A stretch of DNA of 29,181 nucleotides, taken from assembly GCA_964626665.1 (NCBI GenBank), contig CAZVGK010000034.1:1-29181 (forward strand), written 5' to 3'. The position numbers were made by a program, and so were the translations under genes. The stretch's first letter is position 1; every line of letters begins with the position of its first letter. Below, in pieces: positions 8,943 to 17,880 of this stretch. Source of the stretch: an uncultured Gemmatimonadota bacterium (GTDB taxonomy: Bacteria; SM23-81; DAOVCL01). The notes beneath the pieces are model-generated. The model was not told the DNA's origin and searched no databases. It was given only the letters and a program-made list of their open reading frames with translations.

Positions 8943-9194
8943 CTATTCGGACTCGATTCTCTCCAGCTCAAAGACCACCGGGTTTTGGGGGTCCGGACAA
9001 CAGAGGGTGGCCTTCCCCTCTTCCTTTTCCCAGGGGATGTTTCCGCCAAACCTGAGGGCAGTGGCAAAGGGGAGGATTACATAGAAGGCCCAGTGGCAGA
9101 AGTTTTGGGGGGGGAGGTGTTCGAAGCTAAACTGATCGCCCGGCTGCAGACCCAGAGGGCAGGTCCCCCCCGCCAAGATCCGTTTTACCCTCAC
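8943..9194 (-). CDS. TIGR04076-family small Cys-rich protein
   Basis: G.CP.G..GD.F....P..FC.WA...P....L..GG..PW......CCPDP.N.VVFEL.R. The start may extend to an in-frame ACG at 9215. Confidence 0.75.
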   Translation of the reverse strand: MRVKRILAGGTCPLGLQPGDQFSFEHLPPQNFCHWAFYVILPFATALRFGGNIPWEKEEGKATLCCPDPQNPVVFELERIESE

Positions 9195-9291
9195 CTTTAT
9201 CTTGAACTTAGCCGTAAGCGGCGGAGTTTTTTTGACAGGATAACAGGATTTACCGGATTTTTATTCATCCCCTCCATCCCATCTATTTTCT

Positions 9292-9321
9292 AAAAGCTGT
9301 CAGGAGGTAACTCCTGACAGC
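9292..9321 (-). terminator. Probable intrinsic terminator
   Basis: Perfect 11-bp stem GCTGTCAGGAG/CTCCTGACAGC followed by TTTT on the minus strand, just after the stop at 9329. Confidence 0.6.
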
Positions 9322-9328
9322 ACCTTTT

Positions 9329-10603
9329 TTAAGTCTTCCTCTTCTTCTTCTTGGCCGCCGGAAAGAGGACATTGTTCAGGATGAGCCTGTAGCCAGGGGA
9401 ATTCTTGTAAAGGGCCAGGTTTGTGGGGGGATCATAGACATAGTGGGTGTAGTCCTCCGGGTCATGGCCTCCCAAATAGGTAAACGTCCCCCGTCCATAG
9501 TTCCCGTGCAGGTATTTGACCGCATTGGGATTGGCCACCCCTTGGCCCATAATGATCACATGTTTCTTGATGAGGTCCTTTCTAAAGGCCGTGGTCTGCC
9601 CCATAAACCCCTTGATTATCGAGACATGGTCCTGGGTGAGCATAGTGGGCACGGGGTCATATTTGGCCGAAAACTCAAAGAGGGAGAAGGAATCCTGTAG
9701 AGGCCCGCGGGCCGGATACCCATTTTGGGGGCTGATGTCGATGTCGGAGAACTCATAGACAAGCGGATTGGTGATCAACTTGAAGTTGGTGAAGGCAAAG
9801 GTCTTTGAGTAGTCGAGCCTGGCCTGACAATTTGGGTCAGGCGGGTCTCCATCAAAGGGAGCATCCACAATGTCCACCCCCGCGGCCGCTAAGCCAATGT
9901 CATAGGCGTCTGTGGCCGAACACATAGAGAAGAGGAATCCTCCCCTGGCCACATAGTCCTTGATCGCCCTGGCCACAGTCTTTTTCAATTCGGAGACCTT
10001 GGAGAGACCCAGCCGTTTGGCCATCTCCTGATTTATGGCCACCTCCTTTTTGTACCAGAGGGCATTCCTGTAAGAGCCGTAAAATTTGCCATATTGTCCG
10101 GTGAAGTCCTCATGATGGAGATGGAGCCAGTCATACTCCTCTAATTTCCCGGCCAAGACCTGCTCATCCCAAAGGGTGGTGTAGGGCATCTGGGCATAGG
10201 TCAAGGCCAAGGTGACCGCATCATCCCAGGGCTCCTTGTTGGGTGGGGTATAGATGGCTATGGAGGGGGCCTTCTCCAGGAGGACATCCTCCATATTCTT
10301 CTCCTCAATCTCCTTGTAGATCTGAGTTATCTGGTTTCCTCCCACTATGGTATAGGCTACCCCCCTCAGGTGGCAGATGCGGGCTATATCCGGAGATTCC
10401 GGGATCATAAATGACCCCCCTCGGTAGTTTAAAAGCCACTCCACCTTGTAGCCCAACTCCAGGGCTTTATAGGCAACGCCATAGGCCTTCAAGTGATCTG
10501 CCTGTTCCAGGTCCATATAGATGAGGAGCTTATCCGCCTGAGCAGTGGAGAGGAAAGTGCCCCAGCCAAAGATGAGAAGGGCAAAAAATGTCTTGTGGCT
10601 CAT
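9329..10603 (-). CDS. Conserved exported protein (family often mis-annotated 'asparagine synthetase B' in Bacteroidota)
   Basis: Signal peptide. Motifs HLKAYG, WLLNYRGGSF, PWDDAVTL, WLHLHHEDFTGQYGKF, MCSATD, GHDPED and SPGYRLILNN. Confidence 0.7.
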   Translation of the reverse strand: MSHKTFFALLIFGWGTFLSTAQADKLLIYMDLEQADHLKAYGVAYKALELGYKVEWLLNYRGGSFMIPESPDIARICHLRGVAYTIVGGNQITQIYKEIEEKNMEDVLLEKAPSIAIYTPPNKEPWDDAVTLALTYAQMPYTTLWDEQVLAGKLEEYDWLHLHHEDFTGQYGKFYGSYRNALWYKKEVAINQEMAKRLGLSKVSELKKTVARAIKDYVARGGFLFSMCSATDAYDIGLAAAGVDIVDAPFDGDPPDPNCQARLDYSKTFAFTNFKLITNPLVYEFSDIDISPQNGYPARGPLQDSFSLFEFSAKYDPVPTMLTQDHVSIIKGFMGQTTAFRKDLIKKHVIIMGQGVANPNAVKYLHGNYGRGTFTYLGGHDPEDYTHYVYDPPTNLALYKNSPGYRLILNNVLFPAAKKKKRKT

Positions 10604-10605
10604 CT

Positions 10606-11322
10606 TTAGATCTCCCCCAATCTATGGAAGAGGATGGCGAGGGAGGCGATTGCCGCTGTCTCCGTGCGTAGCCTTCTCTTCCCCAAACTTAGCAGATGGA
10701 AACCCCTCTCCCGCGCCCTCTCTACCTCGGTTGCTGAGAACCCCCCCTCTGGGCCCACGGCGAGCAGAAAAGGACCTACTACAGGCTTCTCGGCCCTTAG
10801 CGGGCTGGCGCTGGGGTGAAGGCAACAGATAAAGGCTCGGCTATAGCGGGCTGCTTCCTTAAGGAGTTGAGGGAAGGTCTGGGGTTTGGCCACCGTAGGC
10901 CAGAAGCTGCGTCCTGACTGTTTCATTGCTTGCTGGGCTACCCTCCTCCATCTGCTTATTTTGGTCAGGGAGGGGTGGACTATAGTATATTCCGTGAGCA
11001 GGGGAAGGAAGGCCTTAGCCCCCAACTCCGTTCCTTTCTCTATCAAGATCTCCGCCCTTCTCCCCTTGGGGGGAGCAAAGGCCAGGGAAACATCTGCCTC
11101 TGGCTCATTGTCTGCCTGGTGGGTAGCGGTTATCTCCCCCTCCAGAGTTCTATTCGTCAGCTTACGGATAGTAACCCTATAGGAACTTCCTTGCCCATCT
11201 ACCACCCTGATCTCCTCTCCGGGCCTCAACCGAAGCACCTTGTGGGCATGCCAGGCCTCCTCCTGGTCCAGGGAGACCCACTGTCCTTTAATTAGCCCAG
11301 GAGGGGTATAGAATGTTTCCAT
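10606..11322 (-). CDS. rsmE: 16S rRNA m3U1498 methyltransferase
   Basis: H..KVLRL, EKGTELG, A.KQSGR, VGPEGGF and LG.R.LRTETA. Confidence 0.95.
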   Translation of the reverse strand: METFYTPPGLIKGQWVSLDQEEAWHAHKVLRLRPGEEIRVVDGQGSSYRVTIRKLTNRTLEGEITATHQADNEPEADVSLAFAPPKGRRAEILIEKGTELGAKAFLPLLTEYTIVHPSLTKISRWRRVAQQAMKQSGRSFWPTVAKPQTFPQLLKEAARYSRAFICCLHPSASPLRAEKPVVGPFLLAVGPEGGFSATEVERARERGFHLLSLGKRRLRTETAAIASLAILFHRLGEI

Positions 11323-11330
11323 TTTAGATT

Positions 11331-11414
11331 GGCGAAGTTTCGAAAATGAAAAATGTAGAATTAAGAATGAAAAAACCTGAGGGCGAAAGGTCTGGGTCTA
11401 AACACATTGTCCAC
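11331..11414. repeat. Dispersed repeat with a second copy at 25129-25320
   Basis: 11356-11414 and 25262-25320 match at 54/59 positions by manual alignment. Confidence 0.85.
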
Positions 11415-11556
11415 TTCTTTCTTCCCCACAGAACATCTATTTTCCAACCTTATCATCGGCAAAGTCGGATGAATTTTAGGGTTTGCCTTATGAAGCCAGC
11501 CAACCCGATCTACTCATAAATCAGTAGCAAATCCTAAATTACCAGGGGTTTTTGTC

Positions 11557-11617
11557 GTAGGAACAGGTCTTTTAGACCTGTCCGAGGGGGCGGACAGACC
11601 TGAAGGTCTGTCCCTAC
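11557..11617. repeat. GTAG-REP doublet (REPIN-like, family B)
   Basis: gtag-gaacaggtcttttagacctgtcc..ggacagacctgaaggtctgtcc-ctac. Confidence 0.8.
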
Positions 11618-11687
11618 AAGCCAAATGCATAAAACATTAACTTCGAGAAAGTTATGCTAATCAGTTACGGTTTATGAATAATTCAAG

Positions 11688-12818
11688 CTAAACCCCTAAG
11701 GCGTCCTTGATCTTATGGAAGAAACCCCTATCCTCCTTGGGTGGCTTTATCGCCTCCATCTGGGATAGCTTCTGGAAGAGCACCCTCTCCTCTGGCCCCA
11801 AATGGCTTGGTATCCAAACCATTATCCTCACCAGAAGGTCCCCCCTCCCATAATGTTGCAGGTGAGGTATTCCCTTTCCCCTTAGCCGGAAGAGCATCCC
11901 CGATTGGCTCCCCGCAGATATCTTCAGGTTCACCCTTCCCTCTAAGGTGGGGATCTCCACCTGATCACCTAAAACGGCCTGAGGAATGCTGATGGGCAAC
12001 TCCAAGAGCAGATCATCCCCTTGTCGCTGAAAATTGGGATGTTCCTTCTCCTCGATGAGCACAATCAGATCCCCGGAGGGGCCTCCCCGGGGTCCTACAT
12101 CCCCTCCCCCTTTTATAGGGATGTAGTTGCCAGTGGTGACCCCCGCGGGGACTTTTACCGTTACTGTAGAGGGTGCCTTTACCCTTCCTTCCCCCCCACA
12201 GGTGGAGCAGGCTTGATCGATTACTCTCCCCTCTCCCCCACAGGTGGGGCAAGTGCTCACATTGACAAATTGGCCAAAGATGCCCTGGGAGACCCTTCTC
12301 ACCTCACCCCTTCCCCCACAGGTGGGACAGGTGCGCAGCTTGCCACCGGTTCCCCCACAGGTGGGACATCTTTGAAAACGTTTCAGTTTTATGGTCTTTT
12401 CCACTCCAGCAGCTATCCCCTCTAAAGACAGCTTTAGCCTCACCTGAAGATCCGGCCCCCTCCTTAGCCCGTGGCGGGAGGCCGTTCTCTCCCCAAAGAA
12501 GTCCCCAAAGCCAAAGCCGCCAAAATCACGCATAAAGGCCCGCAAGGCATCGGAGAGGTCGAACCCCTGAAAATCGAACCCCTGGAAGCCGCCTTTTAGT
12601 CCACTATGGCCGAAGCGATCATATTGGGACCTCTTCTGGGGGTCCCTGAGAACCTCGTAGGCCTCGGTGGCTTCTTTAAACTTCTCCTCTGCCTCCTTGT
12701 TCCCGGGGTTCCTATCTGGGTGGTATTTTAAGGCCAACTTCCGATAGGCCTTCTTTATCTCCTCCTCGCTTGCCTCCCTCCCCACACCCAAGACCTCATA
12801 GTAGTCCCTCTTGGTCAT
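11688..12818 (-). CDS. dnaJ: Chaperone DnaJ
   Basis: J domain with HPD, G/F-rich region and four CxxCxGxG repeats. Confidence 0.98.
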   Translation of the reverse strand: MTKRDYYEVLGVGREASEEEIKKAYRKLALKYHPDRNPGNKEAEEKFKEATEAYEVLRDPQKRSQYDRFGHSGLKGGFQGFDFQGFDLSDALRAFMRDFGGFGFGDFFGERTASRHGLRRGPDLQVRLKLSLEGIAAGVEKTIKLKRFQRCPTCGGTGGKLRTCPTCGGRGEVRRVSQGIFGQFVNVSTCPTCGGEGRVIDQACSTCGGEGRVKAPSTVTVKVPAGVTTGNYIPIKGGGDVGPRGGPSGDLIVLIEEKEHPNFQRQGDDLLLELPISIPQAVLGDQVEIPTLEGRVNLKISAGSQSGMLFRLRGKGIPHLQHYGRGDLLVRIMVWIPSHLGPEERVLFQKLSQMEAIKPPKEDRGFFHKIKDALGV

Positions 12819-13303
12819 TTACCTCCCTTGGAGACGGCCACCCTGGTGGGTCGGAGGACCCTGCCCCGGAATGTATAGCCCTTCTCCAGTTCCTGGGCGA
12901 TGTGGTCCGCGGGGACCTGGCTATTCTCCATATGGAGCAAGGCCTGATGATAAAAGGGATCAAACCTTTTCCCCGCAGCCTCGATCTCCTTTAGCCCTTC
13001 TTTTTCTAAGAGGGAATGCAAGTTTTGATAGATGAGGGTAACCCCCTTTTTCAGCCCCTTCCCCTTGCTGGTGGATGCCCTTCTGAGGTCATCCAAGATA
13101 GGCAGAAGTTGCAAGATGAGGTCCTGATTCGCCATCTCCAGAACTTCCGCCATTCTCTTTTGCGACCTCTTTTTGAAGTTCTCCATCTCAGCGGCCAACC
13201 GGAGATGCTTATCCTTTGATTCGGCAAGCTCCCTCTCCTTCTCCTTGAGCTGAGAGGTCAGTTCCTCAGAGAGCTTTTTATAGCTTGTTCTCTTTCTTAC
13301 CGT
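12815..13303 (-). CDS. grpE: Nucleotide exchange factor GrpE (probable ACG start)
   Basis: [37 protein letters not shown]. The frame is open from ACG at 13303, with SD AGGAGGTG just upstream and an in-frame TGA at 13307-13309. Confidence 0.9.
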   Translation of the reverse strand, partial: TVRKRTSYKKLSEELTSQLKEKERELAESKDKHLRLAAEMENFKKRSQKRMAEVLEMANQDLILQLLPILDDLRRASTSKGKGLKKGVTLIYQNLHSLLEKEGLKEIEAAGKRFDPFYHQALLHMENSQVPADHIAQELEKGYTFRGRVLRPTRVAVSKGGK

Positions 13304-13436
13304 AGGTCACCTCCTGCAAAAGATGTTTCCCTAAAGAGGCTTATCAGCAGGATGGTTGATCTGAAATCTAAGAAAAAACCCCTATACCGTAGAGGTTCCT
13401 CGGTTAACACTTCCCAATCTGGTGGGCCTGAGCGGT

Positions 13437-14534
13437 CTACCCCTGACGGGGTAATCTCACCTGGGAATCGGTCCCGGCAAGGGGACGGACAAAAGGCCTA
13501 TGTTTGGATAAGACCTGGCCAATCAGGCTTGAGGTATATCTGACCAAGGGGATGACGATGGAATACCTCATCCTCATCGGTCCTAAAACAGCTACCATCC
13601 CTTTCATCTCCGCGCTCTGAAAGGTGGAGGTGATCAAGCTGCAGTTTTGCAGTTGGCCGTAAGCGTTCTCCCGCCCCACGGTGACCTTGATGCCCTCCTG
13701 GGCCATCCTGGAGGCGAGCACCTGGGTAAGGGTGGAGCTATCCTCAATAAACTCGAGGAGCGTGCGCAGCCTCTCCACATTTTGGAATTCTGGATTCCTG
13801 GTGATGTTTGCCGCTCCCCCATAATGAAGATGTTCCTCACCGGAGAAGTCAAAGAGGTTTCCTGCCCTCCTCAGGATGAAGCCTACTAAGGGCGGGGCAT
13901 TAGCTATATCCCGCAGCCTTTCCATCCCCGTCTCCCTAATCTGGCGGAGGGTGAGGCCACTCAGTCTCTCGTTGAGGATGGAAGATGTTAAGCTGAGCCT
14001 CTCCGGGTCCACCTCAAAGTCTATCTCCAAAAGGACCGTCTTGATCAATCCGGAGCTCACCAGGAGGACCAACATCACCCGGTCGTGAAAGGCCGCCACC
14101 AGTTCCAATTTCTCCAAGATGGCCTGATCGAACTGGAGGGCCAAAGTGATCCCGAGCTGGCGGGAAAGGTAACTAAGGGCCCGCGAGGCATGTTCTAAGA
14201 TTGCCTCCACATCGTCCTCTGCGGAGGCGAGCTCCTCCTCCATTCTCTTCCTCTCCTCTGGAGGGAGCCCCATTGGTCTCATCAATAGGTTGATGTAATA
14301 CCTATATCCTTCCTCTGTGGGGACTCTGCCGGCAGAGGTATGAGGCTGTTGGAGAAGGCCAAGTTCCTCCAGATGGGTGAAGATATTCCTGATGGAGGAG
14401 GAGGCCACCCCCGGCCTATAGGCCTCCACTAAGGCCTTAGAGCCCACCGGTTGAGCAGTCAGGATATGATGGTGGACAACCGATTGGAAAACATACCTCT
14501 CCCTGGGGGAGAGGGAAAAAGATTGAGTAATCAT
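13437..14534 (-). CDS. hrcA: Heat-inducible transcription repressor HrcA
   Basis: PVGSK, IRN..LEELG.L.QPHTSAGRVPT..GYRYY, NPEF and LGP.RM.Y. Start set to ATG at 14534 with upstream GAGGTG. Confidence 0.92.
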   Translation of the reverse strand: MITQSFSLSPRERYVFQSVVHHHILTAQPVGSKALVEAYRPGVASSSIRNIFTHLEELGLLQQPHTSAGRVPTEEGYRYYINLLMRPMGLPPEERKRMEEELASAEDDVEAILEHASRALSYLSRQLGITLALQFDQAILEKLELVAAFHDRVMLVLLVSSGLIKTVLLEIDFEVDPERLSLTSSILNERLSGLTLRQIRETGMERLRDIANAPPLVGFILRRAGNLFDFSGEEHLHYGGAANITRNPEFQNVERLRTLLEFIEDSSTLTQVLASRMAQEGIKVTVGRENAYGQLQNCSLITSTFQSAEMKGMVAVLGPMRMRYSIVIPLVRYTSSLIGQVLSKHRPFVRPLAGTDSQVRLPRQG

Positions 14535-14555
14535 CCCCCTGTTCACCTCAGAGGA

Positions 14556-14584
14556 AAAATAATAACTTTCCTTCCCCTTGTCAA
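14556..14584 (-). promoter_or_regulatory. Sigma-70-like promoter of hrcA, -35 inside a palindrome
   Basis: TTGACA-N17-TATTTT. Palindrome TTCCCCTTG-T-CAAGGGGAA at 14572-14590. Confidence 0.55.
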
Positions 14585-14643
14585 GGGGAAAGGCAGGGGC
14601 TTTTGGCTCTGAGAAAATTCGCAAATTCCAAACTAATTTTAGT

Positions 14644-14671
14644 TAAAGTTTTTCGGGAATCTTGCCGATAT
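14644..14671 (+). promoter_or_regulatory. Sigma-28 (FliA) promoter of the cheY-like/cheX operon
   Basis: TAAAGTTT-N12-GCCGATAT. Confidence 0.75.
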
Positions 14672-14744
14672 ATAAATAGCACTGAGCTATCGGGACTTAA
14701 AAAGGGGACCCTCAGGGAGAAATCTCATTCAAGGAGGGAGGAAA

Positions 14745-15491
14745 ATGCCTGAGGCAAAGGTTATGATCATCACCGATCCCTATGTGGGAAAGGGCCTCTT
14801 GAAGAATACCCTGAACCAGATTGGTTACACCTCTGTCGTGGAAGCGGAGAGCGGAGTTGGCGCTTTGGGCAAGATAGCCAAGGAGGATTTCAATCTGATC
14901 ATCAGCGATTGGAATATGGATGAGAATGATGGCACAAAGTTCATCCAGTTGGTAAAGGATAGTGACATCACTGCGCGCATACCCATTATCTTGGTAACCA
15001 ATGAGGCCACCAGGAGGGAGGCGCAGGGGGCTTTGAAGGCGGCAAAGATAGGGGCAAACAACTACATTGTCCGGCCATTCACTGCTGAGGCCTTGAAGGA
15101 GAAGGTCGAGAAGGTTATCTCCGGCTACAAGATTATGGTCATAGATGATTCCTCCACTACCAGGAAGGTAATCACGAACATCTTGGGCCAGATTGGGCAT
15201 AAAGATGTTTTAGAGGCGGAGAATGGGATAGATGCCTTAGCCAAACTTGCGCAGAACAAGGTGGACCTCATCCTCTGTGATTGGGATATGCCCAATATGA
15301 ATGGTTTGCAGTTTGTGAAATCGCTGCGGAGTATGAAGACCTATGGGAGCATCCCTATTTTGATGGTCACCACTAACGCGGCCAAGGAGGAGATAGTCCA
15401 GGCCCTGCAGGCTGGGGCCTCGGACTATGTGGCCAAACCATTTACCCCGCAGGTAATTCAGCAGAAGATAGGCAAGCTGTTAGGGAGGTAA
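14745..15491 (+). CDS. Tandem receiver-domain (CheY-like) response regulator
   Basis: Two REC domains: IITD..SDWNM..VT..IVRPF and VIDDS..CDWDMP..VTT..VAKPF. No output domain. Confidence 0.88.
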   Translation: MPEAKVMIITDPYVGKGLLKNTLNQIGYTSVVEAESGVGALGKIAKEDFNLIISDWNMDENDGTKFIQLVKDSDITARIPIILVTNEATRREAQGALKAAKIGANNYIVRPFTAEALKEKVEKVISGYKIMVIDDSSTTRKVITNILGQIGHKDVLEAENGIDALAKLAQNKVDLILCDWDMPNMNGLQFVKSLRSMKTYGSIPILMVTTNAAKEEIVQALQAGASDYVAKPFTPQVIQQKIGKLLGR

Positions 15492-15506
15492 AAATGGGAG
15501 GCTTAT

Positions 15507-15968
15507 ATGGACGGTAAACTTCTCCAGGCGGTCAGGGATACGACCTTGGACATATTTCAGACGATGATCTCTATGGATCCCCAGCCTGAGGAGCCCATCT
15601 CAGGGGACAAATCCCCCTTGAACGGTGGCATCTCGGGGATAGTGGGGATAGCCGGTAAGACAAGAGGGACCATAAGCATTCACTTCGACAAGAACTTGGC
15701 CATCAAGATCGCCTCAAATATCCTGGAGGAGGAGATAAACGAGATCAATGACGATGTAGAGGATGCAGTGGGGGAGATAGCTAATATGGTGGCCGGAGGA
15801 GCAAAGACGAAGCTTTTCAGAAGTGACATCTCCTTTGATATATCCATCCCCACTGTCATCGCTGGGGAAGACTTTGTTATGGAGTCGAAGATGGATGGGG
15901 AAGGAACCCTGCTCCCCTTTACGGTGGGAAGGGAGAAGTTCTTCGTTGAGATAAGCCTGCAGAGATAA
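15507..15968 (+). CDS. cheX: Chemotaxis phosphatase CheX
   Basis: ISGIVGIAG...G, DAVGEIANMVAGG (ExxN) and ISIPTVI.G. Confidence 0.9.
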   Translation: MDGKLLQAVRDTTLDIFQTMISMDPQPEEPISGDKSPLNGGISGIVGIAGKTRGTISIHFDKNLAIKIASNILEEEINEINDDVEDAVGEIANMVAGGAKTKLFRSDISFDISIPTVIAGEDFVMESKMDGEGTLLPFTVGREKFFVEISLQR

Positions 15969-16114
15969 GCGGGAAAAAAGTTCCCCTGAGGGGAAACCTT
16001 TCCCCGGCGAGAAGGCTCAGTTTAAGTTATTCACTTCTGCCAAAAATTCATATAAGGGATGAAATCACAATGATTTCATCCCTTTTCTTATCTCCCTGAA
16101 ACCCACCTTGTAAG

Positions 16115-16130
16115 TGGCACATCGTTTGCA
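16115..16130 (+). promoter_or_regulatory. Sigma-54 (-24/-12) promoter upstream of flgG
   Basis: TGGCAC-ATCGT-TTGCA, a consensus match. Confidence 0.8.
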
Positions 16131-16393
16131 AAACCCAACGAATGGAGCTACCTACAGCCAACCTAATCCAATCTATTCCCGAAGCAAATATCAACCGTCT
16201 TCATAAGGCAAGATCTTAACAAATAAGACAAGTTTTTGAAACCAGCCAGTGAAAAATGCAGATGTAAAGAGGTTGTTGATCTAAATCTCTTGTGGGAGGC
16301 ATCTCCCGATGCCGATTAAAACCTTTCTCACCTGAGAGAGGGCTTTGAAAATAGGGTTTACCGGTTAACCTGTGGAAGAAAGGGGAATTGGTT

Positions 16394-17176
16394 ATGTTAA
16401 AGGCGATGTTAACGGCAGCCACCGGTATGTCGGCTCAGGAGCTCTGTGTCGATGTGGTGGCCAACAATCTGGCCAATGTGAACACAACCGGATTCAAAAA
16501 AAGCAGGGTAAGCTTTCAGGATCTCTTCTATCAACACTATGGCGTTAGGGGGAAGAGGGAGGAGAGCAATATCCCCTTCCTTATCCAGGTGGGGAATGGG
16601 ACTAAGGTGAGCTCCACTAACCGTGACTTCTCCCAGGGGAAGATAGTGCAAACCCACAATCCCTTGGATCTGATGATAGAGGGGAGGGGATTCTTTCCAG
16701 TGCTTATGCCCAATGGCTCCCTGGCCTACACCAGAGATGGTTCATTCCAGATGGATGCCGAGGGCAAGATAGTTACCTCCGATGGTTATCCCCTCTATCC
16801 CGACCTCATTATTCCAGCAGAGGCTACTGGGCTTTCCATCTCACCCGACGGAAAGGTAACTGCCACCTTGGTAGGGGAGGCCGAACCTGAGGAGCTGGGG
16901 CAGATTAGCTTGGCCAAGTTCGTCAACCCAGGGGGTCTAAAGTTTATCGGCAGAAACCTCTATACCCCTACTGCCGCATCAGGGGAGGTCTTTCTGGAGG
17001 AGCCCACCCAGGAGGGATTGGGCCAACTATCCCAGGGGGAACTGGAGGCCTCAAATGTTGCCGTGGTGGATGAGATGGTGGCAATGATCATGGCTCAGAG
17101 GGCCTATGAGATAAACAGCAAGGTTATCCAAACCTCAGACAATATGCTCTCCCTGATCAACAGGCTCCCTAGATGA
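16394..17176 (+). CDS. flgG: Flagellar distal rod protein FlgG
   Basis: ANNLANVNTTGFKK, FQDL.YQ, YTRDGSF, LEASNV and QRAYEINSK.I. ATG start at 16394. Confidence 0.95.
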   Translation: MLKAMLTAATGMSAQELCVDVVANNLANVNTTGFKKSRVSFQDLFYQHYGVRGKREESNIPFLIQVGNGTKVSSTNRDFSQGKIVQTHNPLDLMIEGRGFFPVLMPNGSLAYTRDGSFQMDAEGKIVTSDGYPLYPDLIIPAEATGLSISPDGKVTATLVGEAEPEELGQISLAKFVNPGGLKFIGRNLYTPTAASGEVFLEEPTQEGLGQLSQGELEASNVAVVDEMVAMIMAQRAYEINSKVIQTSDNMLSLINRLPR

Positions 17177-17868
17177 AAGGGATTAGGTTCATCCTTCTTA
17201 CCCTGGTAATTCTCCTTTTCTTAAATCCCTCATCGCAGGCCGGATATGTCCCTCAGGGTCAGATAGCCTCCCTGATCAGGGATTATATCATTAGGCAGAC
17301 AGGTGAGGAGGGGGGAAGGTTTCAGGTGGAGGTGTTACATATCCCCAAAGATGTCGATGAGGATCTAAAGTTAAAGATTATCCCCTCTCCCCGGAGGAGC
17401 TACCTGGGTACCTATCTGGTTAAGTTAGGGGGGTATTCCCAAAAGGTATTGGTGAGGGAGATCCCTTTGGTGGTTAGGGTAAAGGAAGTGGGGAAGGTCT
17501 TGGTGGCCAAAAGGTTGATCCCCAGGCATTGGACCCTCACCCCTGACGACCTAAAATTAGAGGAGAGGAGATTGCCCTTGTTGGGCCATCGCCCCCTGAG
17601 AGGGTTGGAGAAGGCAGTGGGTAAAAGATCAACCAGGAGGATCAACCGCGGGACGATTATCACTATCGATTTGGTAGAGCCCCTCCCCTTAGTGGAGAAA
17701 GGAGAGATTGTAACTCTCACCTTGTACCGCCCCGGCCTCTACCTGAGGGCTAAGGGTAAGGCGCTGAGCGATGGTTGGGAAGGGGATACGATCAAGGTAA
17801 AGGTCTTGGCATCCGGGAAAAAGCTGCAGGCCAAGATAGAGAAGGGCAAAGTGTTGGTCCTGAATTGA
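17173..17868 (+). CDS. flgA: P-ring assembly chaperone FlgA
   Basis: Signal peptide, SAF region and 'LVEKGEIV...GKAL.DG..GDTIKV'. Lies between flgG and flgH. Confidence 0.85.
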   Translation: MKGIRFILLTLVILLFLNPSSQAGYVPQGQIASLIRDYIIRQTGEEGGRFQVEVLHIPKDVDEDLKLKIIPSPRRSYLGTYLVKLGGYSQKVLVREIPLVVRVKEVGKVLVAKRLIPRHWTLTPDDLKLEERRLPLLGHRPLRGLEKAVGKRSTRRINRGTIITIDLVEPLPLVEKGEIVTLTLYRPGLYLRAKGKALSDGWEGDTIKVKVLASGKKLQAKIEKGKVLVLN

Positions 17869-17880
17869 TGAGGAGCCACT

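Noticed and set aside
12190..12370. Repeated ccccacaggtgg units resembling an array
   Set aside because: They are the four CxxCxGxG zinc-finger codons of dnaJ, not CRISPR.
14677..14703. Possible CIRCE (ATAGCACTG-N9-GACTTAAAA)
   Set aside because: The right arm matches only 5/9, and the site lies about 100 bp upstream of the hrcA promoter, on the cheY side.
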